A stretch of DNA of 64,000 nt from Naegleria gruberi (Eukaryota): assembly GCA_000004985.1 (NCBI GenBank), contig GG738850.1; one strand, given 5' to 3'. The position numbers and the translations under genes were made by a program. Positions 46,162 to 58,597 of this stretch are shown here, in pieces (the first letter of the stretch is position 1; every line of letters starts with the position of its first letter). The notes under the pieces were generated by a model. It saw nothing but the letters and a program-made list of their open reading frames with translations. It did not search any database and was not told the DNA's origin.

Positions 46162-48278
46162 ATGAGCCAAAACAACCCAGAGAGACTCAACCAGCTCATT
46201 CTAGCCTGTTATGACACTAAGAATAATTCCATGAAGAAGCATCAGATGCTTCAAACAAGTGGGCGAGAATCTCCTCTCAGTTTTTCAATGCCATCAGTTC
46301 TTCCAAAAAGTACGAAACAAGCAATGGATAGATCTAAGGTGAAAAAAGATAGCGAAATCAGAGAACGAACAATAACACCCTTACCTGTAAATATAAACGG
46401 AAAGTATAATCCAAAGATTAATAATCCACTTCGAGATAATATTGGATTTAATTCTGTAAAAGTTCCTTCGGAAAAACAAGACTCTGGATTAAAACATTTA
46501 GGAATAACAAACTCTTTAATCAAGGTATGTAATGAAATAATGTGAGCACTAACAAAAATTAGAAATTATGGGAATCAGTTTTGCAATATGTAGAAGAGGA
46601 ATTAATAGAGGGAAATCCTGTAGAGATTCCTAATTTTTGTATTATTTCATTCAACACTGAAACTCAAGATTGTGGTAGCTACACAAAGAAACACCGTAAG
46701 CCTGTGTTTGTTCTTCTGGATAAGTTTGAACAAAAATATGGAGTATCCTCTCTTAAAGTGCCATTGAATGAGGGAAAAAGAAAAATGGATTTAGGAAGAA
46801 TAACATCAAACCTTAAAATATCAAAATCAGTTGCTAAATCAATTTTGGATTCAATAATTAAAAATATTGGAGAGAATGCAAGGGAATCAACAAGGAAAGA
46901 ATATACTGTGAATCTTAGAGTATGCAAATTGAAATTCAAAGGAAAGAGCTGCTTCTCTAAATGGGATGAAAAATTCCTTGAAAATGTGGAGGATAGGCTC
47001 ACAAAGACATCTCTGTCACTTTCATTTGATTCTGAAAAAGTTCCAAGAGGTCAATACGAGAATGCCAAAAGAAATAAGCAGATAATGAGGGACTTGGGAA
47101 TGTCCAAGAGATCACCATCCCCAATTATTTTGGAAAGCAATAGAAACAGGTCCTCTAATTTCAGTACTATGTCTACTCAATCAACAGTTACACTTGGACC
47201 ACCATATGATGTCGACAAGATTACATCCATTTCATCACTAGATATTAATCCAGAGGTTTCGACTCATAGCGCCAAAGAACTTCAAACAAGAAAGAAAAAT
47301 ATGAAAGATTCACTTACAACTAAGGTTGGTCAAGGAATTGCTGATAATTACAATCCAGGGCAGTTTTCCTTGTTTCACAATAGACCAACAACTCCGTTTG
47401 AGTATGATAAAGAGAAGGCAGAGGATTTAAGAGAGGGGTTACAAAACTTGGACATTGATAAGCATAACAGGAAAGAAGTTCAAAAATATGATAACGAGAA
47501 GGAAAGATTCTATAATGATTGGGTAGTAAAGCAAGAAGAGGAAAATGATACAGATTTCAAACGAGAGAGAGCAGCAAATTACCAACATGCTCACAAATTT
47601 AATATTGACCTTTCCAATAACAAGAAGCAACATAAGGATGAGCATGTTCCTAATATGAATGAAAGCTTCAAGAAAATGCACAACTCATTAGTTGAATCAT
47701 TTATTCAAGAAAAGGAAAAGAAAGAAGCATTTGTTAAGGGTTTAAAGGAGCAACAAAGACTCCAAAAGAAATATGAAGAGTCTACCTCTGATTTTGACAA
47801 CTCATTATTTATGAAAAATTCCTATAACCATGATTCAAAGCCCAATTATGCCCAACAAAGAAAAGAGAAACAAGTTGAGTTTTTTAAATCCCTTTCAGAA
47901 CAAGTTAATCAAAGACAAGAAGAAGAGAAAAGACAAGAAACGGAAAGAAAACGAGATATAAACATGTTAATAGTTAAAGGAAATGATGACGAATATAAGA
48001 AAAGGCAAGAAGATAAAAGAAAACAAACTAGGGAGGAGTTCAAGTCCTTTATATCAACTAAAGAAAAAGAAATTAGTGAATTAAGAGAGTTAGGATTCGA
48101 AAGAAACAAAGAAGGAGCAAAAAAACAAGCAGAACTCATTCAATCAATGATTCAAAGTGACTTTGATAAGAAACGTAGACAAAACGAACACCAAAAATCT
48201 TATCTCGACAAGCAAGTTTATCAAAAGGAGGTAGAAACCTCAATCAATAGAAAGATTGAAAACTCTTTCATGTTTTAA
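46162..48278 (+). CDS. Hypothetical Lys/Glu-rich coiled-coil protein
   Basis: ORFs 46102..46545 and 46581..48278 are joined in frame by a 38-nt intron at 46525..46562 (gtatgt...aaaaattag). The C-terminal third is a K/E/R-rich coiled coil. Confidence 0.5.
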
Positions 48279-48487
48279 TGAACATTGAATAACAAACTTA
48301 ATAAATACCGCCATTTTTACTTTTCCGCCAAAACTAACAGACAATTCAAGAGTTGTTGCCAGTATTGTTGAATTCTGAGGGACAAACCGTTGAATTCTCC
48401 ATGTTCACCAATCTCCTCTTGATTTGGTTTACCAACAGTTAACGCTAATTCAAACCTTAAAAAAAGTTACCAAAATCCCACACTACA

Positions 48488-50926
48488 ATGGTGACTCATG
48501 TACAGAAGAATAAGATATTAACTGAGGCGCAAGTCCTTAATACCTCCTTGACACAATCAAAGGAAAATGTAGTAATAAGCAAGATGCTCGAAGAACACAA
48601 ACAAAATAATGAAGCAAAACTGTTACAACTAGAGACGGGTAAAAAGAAGAGTATCATCAAGTCATTCATCTCACGTGTATTCTCTATCAAACTTTGTCTT
48701 TCTCTGATTATTATGTTATTGATTATTATTTCCACAATATCAATTTTTGTTGCTACGATTGTTTTGCAAGGTAAGATAACTTCATCATTTTTATCCTTAA
48801 TAATAATAATTATTATTATTAATACTATGCAGGCGCATCCATTGATGAATCAACACAAAAACTAGGAAATCAAATCAAGCTTAGAGCTGCTGAATATTTA
48901 AATAACTTTATTAGATATCCATTCCAAATTACGGAGGGTATTGTCAGAAGAATATCAAAATTAGATAATTTGAGCCCTGATATGGATGACTGGGGAAGGA
49001 GAATTGAAGAATTAATTTCTAGTGTTGCAAGCTTTGAAATCAGCTATGCTTCTTTCTTAGCAGATGATTATTTCTTTGGTGTTTCAAGAAACACTGATTC
49101 CCCAACACTTACCTATCAACTGGAATACTATTCGAATGGCATGTATTATAAGCCAATATATTTGGATAAGAACTTTGACTATACACTGACTAAAGAACAA
49201 AAAGGAACAATGTCGATGGACATATTTGAATGGTGGACAACTGCAAAACAAACCAAGAAGAAGAGTTTTAGCAAATTGTATGCCACAAACAAGAGCTCTG
49301 TTTGGCTTACTGCCTCTCATCCTGTCGTTAATGCAACCACAGGAGAGCTTGCATATTTAATTACAACAGATCTTACAATGCTCGACCTTAGTTCATATTT
49401 GGAAAGTATTGTAATCAGTCCTAATTCATATATTTATGTCATTTCAGCAGCAACATCTGAAATGATTGCATGTTCTAAATCATCAAACGAAACATTATAT
49501 GTTTACAATACTCTTGCTCCACAACATCTTGAAAGAAAGAGGTTGTATGAAAGTTCAAATCATATAGTTAAAGCTGTTGGTGAAACTTTACGTAAAAAGT
49601 ATAATAACAATCTTCAAAATTTTACAGGTACTGAAAGAGTAGTGGTGGATGGAAATACGTATCTTCTTAACATGGTAGCTGTTGAAGACAAGCTCAATTT
49701 AGGGTTGAATTGGAATGTTCTTGTTATCATGTCAGTAGATGACTTTATGAGTTCTGTCTATCTAATCAGAAATATTGTGCTGATAGCTGATGGTGTTATT
49801 TTGTGTTTGTCTTTAGTTATTGCAATTGTTGTCAGTATGTTGATCACAAATCCTCTTGTTTCTCTTGGAAATGATATGGATGCTCTTGGTAAAGGCGAGT
49901 TCAAGGTAATGAAAAAGAAAAAATTGATTCTTTTCCATGAAGTCAAAAAGCTCAGAAACCACTTCTCTAAAATGTCATCTGCAGTTGATGGTTTCATGAA
50001 GTATGTTCCAAGAGAAATTGTCTCCTCTTTCATTGGAAGTGATGCAAAAACTTTCAAATTGGGTGTTGAATCAAAGCACATTGCTATTCTCTTTTCAGAT
50101 ATCAAGAACTTTACAACTATTTGTGAAGCAACAGAACCAACTGTTTTGATTACTATTCTTGGAAAATATTTTGAATTGACTTCAGAAGTTGTATATAGAA
50201 ATAGGGGAGTTTTAGACAAGTATATTGGTGACTCTTTGGTAAGTTTGACTAATTTGATTTAAATCTAATAAGAGTTTGTAGATGGCACTCTTTGGTGCTC
50301 CAGATACCTATGAAAATTATGTCTTTCATGGTTGTAATGCAGCTTTTGAAATGCAAACAGCTCTTCAACCATACAATGATCAATTACATAAGGAGGGAAG
50401 AGATACATTGTACACTAGAGTTGGAGTTAGTTGTGGAGATGTTTTGGTTGGTAACATTGGTTCATCATTTCGTTTGTCCTATACTTGTTTGGGAGACTCT
50501 GTCAATCTTTCTTCGAGATTGGAAGGTTTGAACAAGGTATATGGAACAAATATCATGGTTTCTGAATTCTGCTATGAAATTGTTAAAGACCTCTTCCTGT
50601 TCAGAACTCTGGATGTGGTTGCTGTCAAGGGTAAAGTGAATGGTGTTAAGGTGTATGAAATTGTTGGTAGAAAGTGGTCTCCCTTCCAAGGTGATTCTGT
50701 CACTGTTTCTCAAGAAAGGGTTGAATATTGTAGAACATACAATACTATTATTGAAGATTTGTACTTTAAGAAAAAGTTTGGTGTGGCTGAAAAAGCATTC
50801 AGAGATTTTGCTGATAGGTATGAGCAAGATTCAGCAGCTCTTGAAATGGCTTACAGATGCAGAAGCTATGTAAATAATCCTCCTCCAGATTCTTGGAATG
50901 GTGTATATTTTGCAAAAGACAAGTAA
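48488..50926 (+). CDS. Receptor-type class III adenylyl/guanylyl cyclase
   Basis: Three exons: 48488..48770, 48833..50238 and 50282..50926. The introns are 62 nt (gtaaga...tatgcag) and 43 nt (gtaagt...tttgtag). Architecture is a signal-anchor, a roughly 350-aa extracellular region, a TM, then a cyclase domain. Splicing restores the catalytic motif across exons (KYIGDSL|MALFGAP), with FSDIKNFT upstream. Confidence 0.8.
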
Positions 50927-51062
50927 ATAAATTAACTTGCCACAGTAAATTGAAATTTATATCATTCCTAAATAATACTTCAATAATATAAATAGTATAT
51001 AGATTGCAACGGTAACAGTTATTTGTTCGATACAAAATTCGAATTGTTAACTTGTTAAAAAA

Positions 51063-53682
51063 ATGCTAAATCAATTTCAACAGATTTTTCCGACCAATAC
51101 ACCTCGTTTTCATCCACATATTCATCCACAACATCGAAATGATCCACCAGAGGGTACAATAGAATTTTCCAAACTCATCCAATCCGTTGGCAATCACTTT
51201 ACATTCAACTCGGAGTATTGCAGTGTAGAGCAAATAATTTCACATCATCATGATGAGTCTACCGATTCGACTATTATCGTTTCACAATGTAGGAGACCGT
51301 TTTCATGTTCATGTGTATTTAAAGTGATTCGACGAAGGGTAACAAATGGTCAGGATGAAAATTCAGATATTTCAAAATATAATTCTGCAAAATTTAATGC
51401 CGTGGATAATAATCAAAATCCTAATTATGTAATAAGGGAATTTGAATATAGGAGTGAAGATGGAATGGAGCTATGGAAGGAATATGTCATTGTTTCTAAA
51501 TATTATGGAGAATCTCTGTTTAGAATGATGAGGAGTCGTCGTGCTGGAATTGCTGAGGATATTTCTGTAATTTTCATGTTGAAAGTAATTTGTTCATGTT
51601 TGGAAAAGTTGGAAAATTTTCATTTGAATGGAATAGTTCATTGTAATGTGGAACCTTCGAATATTTTTAAAGGTGATGATTTAAATATCGAGTTGGGCGG
51701 TTTGGGTTGTGTTCAATTATCAACTAGAAATCCAGGAGTATTGGTTGATTGTAAAGGATTTTTGAAATGGATGCCTAAAGCATTTGTTGCACCTGAAGTT
51801 CAAACTAAACAATTGATTGGGCTTAAAAGTGACATTTGGAGTTTGGGAATGGTCTTGTTAAGGTTCTTATTTCCAAATCTAGTAAATCTTGTAGTCAGTG
51901 ATTCCAATATTGATGAGATATTTAAAGGTCTATCCAATGTAGAAAGAGATGATGCTTGTTGGAATGAAATTAAGAATTTAATCAAATCAATGCTAACAAT
52001 TGATGTGAACAAAAGACCAACCAGTGGACAATTATTGAATACCATAACTAATGGTAGTCGTTTTAGAGATTCTGCTGAAACATTGACGAAATGCTTTAAA
52101 GAAAATCGAGGTGTTGCTCTTCACCTTTGTAAATTTAATTATGGCTCTTTCAAATACCTGGAATCATTTCATAGTGATAGAGAGATGGCCCTCAAGTATA
52201 ACGATTCTTTCCAGTATATGGATGAGGCTTTTCTAGATGATAGGGATTTCATATTGGAAGCGGTAAGAATAAATCCCTACCTGGTGGACGAATTGGAAGG
52301 AATGGATTTGCTAGATAGAGAGATACTTGAGGAGGCTATCAAGGCAGATGGAGAAGTAATGAGTGGACTAGATGAAAAATATCTATTAGATAGAGAGCTA
52401 GCTCTTTTGGCTGTCAGACAAAATGGCCTAGCTCTAGAACATATTGCTAATTATTTTGGTGATGATGAAGAGGTAAGAAGTGTAAACATTCATTATTTCT
52501 AATGTCAAACTTAAGGTTGTTTTGGAGGCTATTAAGAACGAAGGACGTGCCATTGAATTTGCCTCAGCGAGATTGAAGCGTAACAAGAAACTTGTTTCAA
52601 TGGCCCTTAAAGATAATCCAATGGCATTAAATAATATTGATCAAGAGGAATTCGGGTTGGAAAGTGATGATGAAAGTATTTTTCATTCTGGTGGTGAGGA
52701 AGATAAGGGCAATGAATTTCTAAATCCACAAATTATATGTATTAGTGGAGGTTTCATGAGCAACCAATACGGTAATATGGAGTTTTCCCCTCAATTACCA
52801 CGTTTCAATAATTCTCCTCAAAATATTGGCCTATTGCAAAATAAGCATGAGATTATTAATGCAGTAACAATGGATGGTTTACTATTGCAACACATTCCAG
52901 AAGTATTTAAAAACGATGAACACGTGGTAATTAATGCAGTTCTAGGGAATGCAATGGCTCTTCAGTATGCCTCCCCTATTTGGCGAGATAATGAAACTGT
53001 TGTTCTGACAGCTATTAGAAAAAATGAATCTGCCCTTCAATTTGCCTCTCCCAGGTTGAGAAATTGTAAAAAGTTTTTAACTTGTGCCCTTAGTATTAAT
53101 GGATTGACTTTGCAATATATTGATCCATTACTTATAGATGAGGAATTAATTGTGGTTGCTGTAACTCAGAATGCACGTGCACTTTTATACACTCCCAACC
53201 AATTGAAAACTAAACATGTTGTCATGCAAGCTGTATCTCAAAATGGACTGGCTCTTGAGATGGTTCCATCAATGAACAATGATAGAGAGATTGTTGGACA
53301 AGCAATCTGTCAAAATGGATTGGCCTATAGGATGGCTTCTGATACTTTGAAACAGGACCAGTCATTATTTGCTCTTGCATTGAAAGGAAGAGGTGATAAT
53401 TTGGCAGCAATTTACTCCAAGACAACCCATAACCACCAACAGGACAGTTTATCAGTCTTTATTCAATTTCTAGATATTATCAGAGAGGCACCAATTGAAC
53501 TATTGAGTGATACTCGATTTGTTAAGGAAAGTGTGAAAAATGCAGCATTTCCATTCTACCCAAATTTCAACCTTGATGACCAGATAGTTATGAATATCTG
53601 TAGAAATAATCAAGTTAATATTAAGAGGAAACATTATGGTGAGGAAGGTGTAGTAGAAAATCCAACCAAACGAAAAAAGTAA
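51063..53682 (+). CDS. Pseudokinase domain fused to DUF4116 repeat array
   Basis: Exons 51063..52472 and 52516..53682, with a 43-nt intron (gtaaga...acttaag). The kinase-like domain has subdomain IX DIWSLGMVL and APE (VAPEV). HCNVEPSNIF replaces HRDLKPxN and there is no DFG, so catalysis is likely lost. At least 8 DUF4116 repeats follow (NGLALEHIANYFGDDEE, NAMALQYASPIWRDNETVVLTAIRKNESALQFASPRLRN, ...). Confidence 0.7.
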
Positions 53683-53996
53683 ATGTTGCATGTGTATTTT
53701 CAACTATTAAAAAATTGGTTCTCTATTTAAATCCAGATAATTGGTATTAGAAAACATGACTCATTCCTCACCAAACGAAATTTTGACTATTTGTAAGAGT
53801 TTATTTTGTTATTTACAAGTGTTTGTTTAGATAGTTGATATCATGATCCTTAAATCCAGCTATATCATGATTGACTGGTACATTTTCAACTATGAAGATT
53901 GATTCTCTTTCTCTGTCTTGACGCTACACAACAAATGTGTAGGGAGAATGTGAGATGTTCTTCTTAATAGTTGTTATAAATTATTCTAAACGAGTA

Positions 53997-55139
53997 TTAA
54001 TTTTGAGCAGGAGTGGAAACTTGTTGCTTTTCTAACAATTTTCTTTCCTTTCTCTCTTGCTTTTGACTTTGTCTTTCCAATTTTCTTTGAGCTTTGACCA
54101 TTTGCTTTTCAAGCTTCTTTTCCATTTTCAAGGCAATCTTTTGTTCTTTCTTTTGGAGTTTCAACAAAAGGTTTTCATCAGAAATTGGAGCACTCTCCTG
54201 GGTAATTGTAACTTCAGCAACTTGAACTTGTTCAGTAATAACTGGCTCAACAGTTACGCTAACTGGAGCTGATGGTTCAGTAACTTGAGTTGTGACAGTT
54301 GCAGTATCAACAGGTGGTTGAATGGTGATTTCTTGCTCTTTTTGCTTTTTGAAGACAATCTTTTCGAGCTTTCTTTGACCCTTGAGCATTTTCTTTTCTA
54401 ATTTGAATGCCTTCTTTTCTTCCTTCTTTTGAAGTCTGAGTTGGAGCTTTTCCTCTTTGGTTGGTGTTGGCTCAATTGTAGTTTGAACAGTGTTAGCATT
54501 TTCAGTTGGAGAATTGAGATCTTTGGATGACTTTCTAATAGATTTCATTTCAAATTTGATAGATTTCAATTGTTCCTTCTTCAGCTTGATTTCATCGTTC
54601 AAAGTTTCAACTTGTTGCTTCTTTTCTGAAAGAATTTGAGTTTGTTCTTCACTCAATTTAGGTCTTTCCTTGATGTATTTTTGTCTCTTTTCCTTCTTTT
54701 CAAGATTCAACTTGTTCTTATTTACTAATCTAAGGAGAATTGGCTTATCCAATAATTGTTGATTGCTAACTAATTTCATCAATTCGGAAAAATCATTTTC
54801 ATCATTAATAATAATTGTTTTTCTCTTCTTTTCACCAGATGATGGAACCATTGCCTTGACTTTAAAGCTGGTTGCTTCTTCACCTTGAACAAATTCTCTA
54901 ATAGAATTGGACAAGTCTCCGAAACTCATCAAATTAATAAGTTTTTCCATCCTATTTTCTTCCTTGTTTCTCATCATTAATTTACCAGAAATTTGAGCGT
55001 TGGTAGCAGTAGTAATAGCAGACATTTTGTTAATTGTTGAATTATCAAAACAAATCAATTGGGTTGTTTTTAATCTCAAAAAGAACCAAGCAATGTTCAC
55101 CACCAGAATCCAATAATAGTTTTGTAAGGTTCCAAACAA
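53997..55139 (-). CDS. Hypothetical Lys-rich coiled-coil protein with internal repeats
   Basis: Two repeated blocks (LQKKEEKKAFKLEKKMLKGQRKLE and LQKKEQKIALKMEKKLEKQMVKAQRKLE) flank TTQVTEP-type Thr/Val-rich linkers. Confidence 0.35.
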   Translation of the reverse strand: MFGTLQNYYWILVVNIAWFFLRLKTTQLICFDNSTINKMSAITTATNAQISGKLMMRNKEENRMEKLINLMSFGDLSNSIREFVQGEEATSFKVKAMVPSSGEKKRKTIIINDENDFSELMKLVSNQQLLDKPILLRLVNKNKLNLEKKEKRQKYIKERPKLSEEQTQILSEKKQQVETLNDEIKLKKEQLKSIKFEMKSIRKSSKDLNSPTENANTVQTTIEPTPTKEEKLQLRLQKKEEKKAFKLEKKMLKGQRKLEKIVFKKQKEQEITIQPPVDTATVTTQVTEPSAPVSVTVEPVITEQVQVAEVTITQESAPISDENLLLKLQKKEQKIALKMEKKLEKQMVKAQRKLERQSQKQERKERKLLEKQQVSTPAQN

Positions 55140-55286
55140 TTTTGCAATTTACAAAGAGACGATAACGATTTATTTACGTATTTACAAGTCAAAGAAGAAG
55201 CATTTCTCAACATTACATTTCTTTCTATCTTAATGTTTAGCAGCCAAACCCAATTGTAAAATTCTGAATTGGCAATGAACAGTGGA

Positions 55287-55297
55287 TTTTTGGCGCC
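55287..55297. promoter_or_regulatory. E2F-like site TTTTGGCGCC in a divergent promoter
   Basis: The site lies 31 nt upstream of ATG 55328 and 148 nt upstream of the minus-strand gene starting at 55139. Confidence 0.4.
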
Positions 55298-55327
55298 AGA
55301 ATTCAAATTCAACAAACTTTGAAAAAA

Positions 55328-55690
55328 ATGGATTCAAATTATCATAACGTTTGCCACAGAGGATGTATGATTGATATTATTGATCGGGAGTGGATGATGG
55401 ATGTACTTCCAAATGATGATATTACTATTATTTTACCAAATGATAATTCATCTAAAAATCCAATTCAAAATACATTGTCTCAACTCACGAATAACCATCC
55501 GAGCCTGGCAACTCATCCTCTCTTTGTTGAAGATGGAGTGGCTATTGCTGATATGAAGGATAATTCAATACTCGGAGATAATCACTTGCAAGGAATTGAT
55601 AGACCACCAAGTGAATTTGTTCATCATGTAAATGAATGGAATGATTTAAATCTTTTCAGTTTACTGGAGAGACAAGACGAAACGGATTAA
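55328..55690 (+). CDS. Hypothetical small protein
   Basis: An ORF immediately downstream of an E2F-like motif. No family was recognised. Confidence 0.3.
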   Translation: MDSNYHNVCHRGCMIDIIDREWMMDVLPNDDITIILPNDNSSKNPIQNTLSQLTNNHPSLATHPLFVEDGVAIADMKDNSILGDNHLQGIDRPPSEFVHHVNEWNDLNLFSLLERQDETD

Positions 55691-55778
55691 TTTACAAATA
55701 TTTACATAATATATTAGATTATACATTATACAGAGGAACCTCTGACATCATTCCTAAATACTTTCAATATTATTAATA

Positions 55779-56264
55779 TTATTGATTGTAGCGACAAAAC
55801 AAATTCTTCTCGGTGGCATAAAGTTTTGTGTACATTTTAGCCATTGAATTGAATCCTCTATCATCATTATTTCTAATTAAATTTCCAGCATCACAATTTA
55901 ATGGTGAATCGGAACCTTCCTTTGGATTAGACATCATTGATACAATAGCCCTACAAACATTTAATAAAGTCCAAACAGGGCTCCACTTATCCTTCAAAAT
56001 ATCCATACATATTTCTCCACTTTCAAAATGTACATTTGGGTGAAAGATTTTAGTAATAAATTCAACTTTTGGTGCAGAAATTGGATATTCTTTCGGAACT
56101 TGAATTTTTAATTCGAAAACACCATCCTCATAACAAGTTCCCTTTGGTCCAATGCATTTTGCATACCACAAATAAATATTATTTTCATCGGGTTGAAGAA
56201 CAAGATCAGCCTGATTGGCTTTTTGGATCTCGTTATATTCCTTCATGATTCGTTTGCTTGCCAT
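55779..56264 (-). CDS. Ubiquitin-conjugating enzyme E2
   Basis: UBC fold with HPNVHFESGEICMDILKDKWSP (HPN...G.IC.DIL, active-site Cys) and the C-terminal WSP...L.S...LL motif. Confidence 0.9.
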   Translation of the reverse strand: MASKRIMKEYNEIQKANQADLVLQPDENNIYLWYAKCIGPKGTCYEDGVFELKIQVPKEYPISAPKVEFITKIFHPNVHFESGEICMDILKDKWSPVWTLLNVCRAIVSMMSNPKEGSDSPLNCDAGNLIRNNDDRGFNSMAKMYTKLYATEKNLFCRYNQ

Positions 56265-56636
56265 TTTTTTTTGATTTTGCTTTCCGATGATGATGTTTCC
56301 ATATCATTCCTCAAATATAAAAATAGCAAGTAGTCTTATTAGCAGAAAACAAGTTGAAAAAAGCATTCTTTGCTTCTTTACTGTTATTAATCAAACTCCT
56401 CATTGAAATACAGTAACTCCCTCAAACACTCATAAGGAAGGAGCCTCAAACAACAATGCTGTGTCCACCACTCGATTTTCCAAGGTTGCAAAAAAATATG
56501 ACGACCACGAATCGACCTTCTCGTGGGCGGAAGAAGATTCCAAGGTATGTGCTCGGGCATTTATTAATTTTTTCATCTTCATTATCTATTGTGTGATGAT
56601 ATCATTCTGTATTATTAAAATAGTGCATCCTATTAT

Positions 56637-58179
56637 TTGGGCTATGTTGAAGATGATGAATCAATAGAGTCAATTATGCAAAAGTTCGACGAATTGGAAA
56701 AATTAAAATCATCAAATCTTTCGGAATGTGCTGCTTCTTCATCGTCATCTAAAAGTATGGTGAATGGAAAAGGGAAAGAACCAGCAGAAACAACATTGGA
56801 TGGAGGAGCAATTACACCACTTGAAGAAGATTCCTATCTCAATGAAGAATTGCAAGAGGAATTGTTTAAAAGAACTTCACATCATTCCATTCAATCAAAT
56901 ATTTACTCAGAAATTATGTCAAACTATAATACTGAACAAGGTGAATTGGATGAGATGGATGATGGTGATGGACAGGAGGCTTCTGATTATTCTTCTGATG
57001 AGGATTATGTTGATAATTTTCAAGATGGAGAATCTGATGGATCAACTGAGGAGAATTTGAATATTTGTGTGAGTGACAGTGAAATTGTCAATGAGGAATC
57101 CTTTGACGAAGAAGAAGAGGAGGAAATCATTGATGATGAAGAATCTAGTAGAGCTAAAAAGAAGAGAAAATCCAATCAGACCAATGGAAGGAAACGAAAC
57201 ACTCAGAAAAAGGGTGATAATACTATCAAGGATTTAGTCACACTCGATCCAAATATGAACTTTTTGAATTCATTTGAAGGAAATTCGACGACCAACTCAA
57301 AGAAATCCAGAGCTACCAGCAATATAGAAATTGTAAATATTCCAACAGCAGAGAAAATACTCAATTCCTGGGCTAAACATATACAAAGAGTAACACCAAA
57401 GGAATGTAAAAAATATAAGGCATACAGTGAATGTCAAACAATTGATTTGACCAATTTTGAAGAAGATTTATCAGGAAAATTAATGTTTAATAGAACTAAC
57501 TCAAAGAAATCATCAACCTTTGTATCAAGTGTATACACATTCGATACTGAAGAGGATGTAATCATAACGAACCGAGTTTTAGATTATAATTTTAAATCGA
57601 TATGTAAAAATCAGCCGTTTGAGGGGATTTTAATTGATCCACCCTATCACTCAATACAAGTGAAAGATCTGGTATGTAATCTCAGTAATCTCAACATTGT
57701 AATCTTAACAATTGTAATTTCGGATAATTAAGAAAAAATTACCACTCGATAAGAAATGGTTCATAGAGAGAGGTTACTGTTTTGTATGGATTGAAAAGGA
57801 ATTTACAGTTGAAGTTGTTAAAATAATGAAAGGATTTGATTTTGAATATGTAGATAGTTTAACTTGGGTTAAAGAAACCATTCATCAACATTCCTCAACA
57901 CTCCCATCTCAATTATTTCCCAGAGGCAAGTTGAATCTATTCATCTTTAGAAAGATGAATGATCTCACTAAAACCATGCACATTAAACACCAGAGAAATG
58001 CAGATGTGGTTCTTGATTTTGAAAAGGACAACCCACGACACAGACCACCAGTCATATTTCACATGATTGAAACTCTATTATCATCTTCTGATAGATTTTT
58101 GGAATTGTGGGGAGAAGGTTGTTATCAACATTGTAAATTCAAAACATCCTCTAAATGGACTATCATAAAGGAAGAATAG
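56637..58179 (+). CDS. MT-A70-family (METTL4/Ime4-like) adenine methyltransferase-like protein
   Basis: Exons 56637..57671 and 57733..58179, with a 61-nt intron (gtatgt...aattaag). It has an acidic N-terminal half. The catalytic-motif region is LIDPPYHSIQVKDL|KKLPLDKKWFIERGYCFVWIEKEF...KIMKGFDFEYVDSLTWVKE. It matches MT-A70 DPPW....LP...l.d.g.lFlWv....l..WGf....e.vWvK, with DPPY in place of DPPW. Confidence 0.65.
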
Positions 58180-58597
58180 AATATAGATATAGATTCATAT
58201 TGTAACAAAGGGAGTTGTTTTTGAACATTCCAGTGTTGCATCTTTAATTGATAAACATGTAAAGTTTGTCTAGGTTTGACTCCGGAAGAATAGGATATCA
58301 TACATTTTTAACTCACGCACTTTTTCGTTTTGTCATTTATCAGCATTACTCCTCAAACCACACTGCCATTTTCAATTCTCACCTCCAATACCGTAGTAAA
58401 CGAATCATTACGAAAATCGAGTCATCATTTTCAGAAAAAAAAACAAGAAGAACATCAACTGGTGGCACACACTAAAGCTGCTGCACTTGCAAAAAACATC
58501 TACAAAGGCTTTCAACAAGTCGCACTCGAATCTTCCGCTTCTTTAGAAAACAACACAAAACCTTCACATTCAAATATTATTTGAAAACAATATCGAT

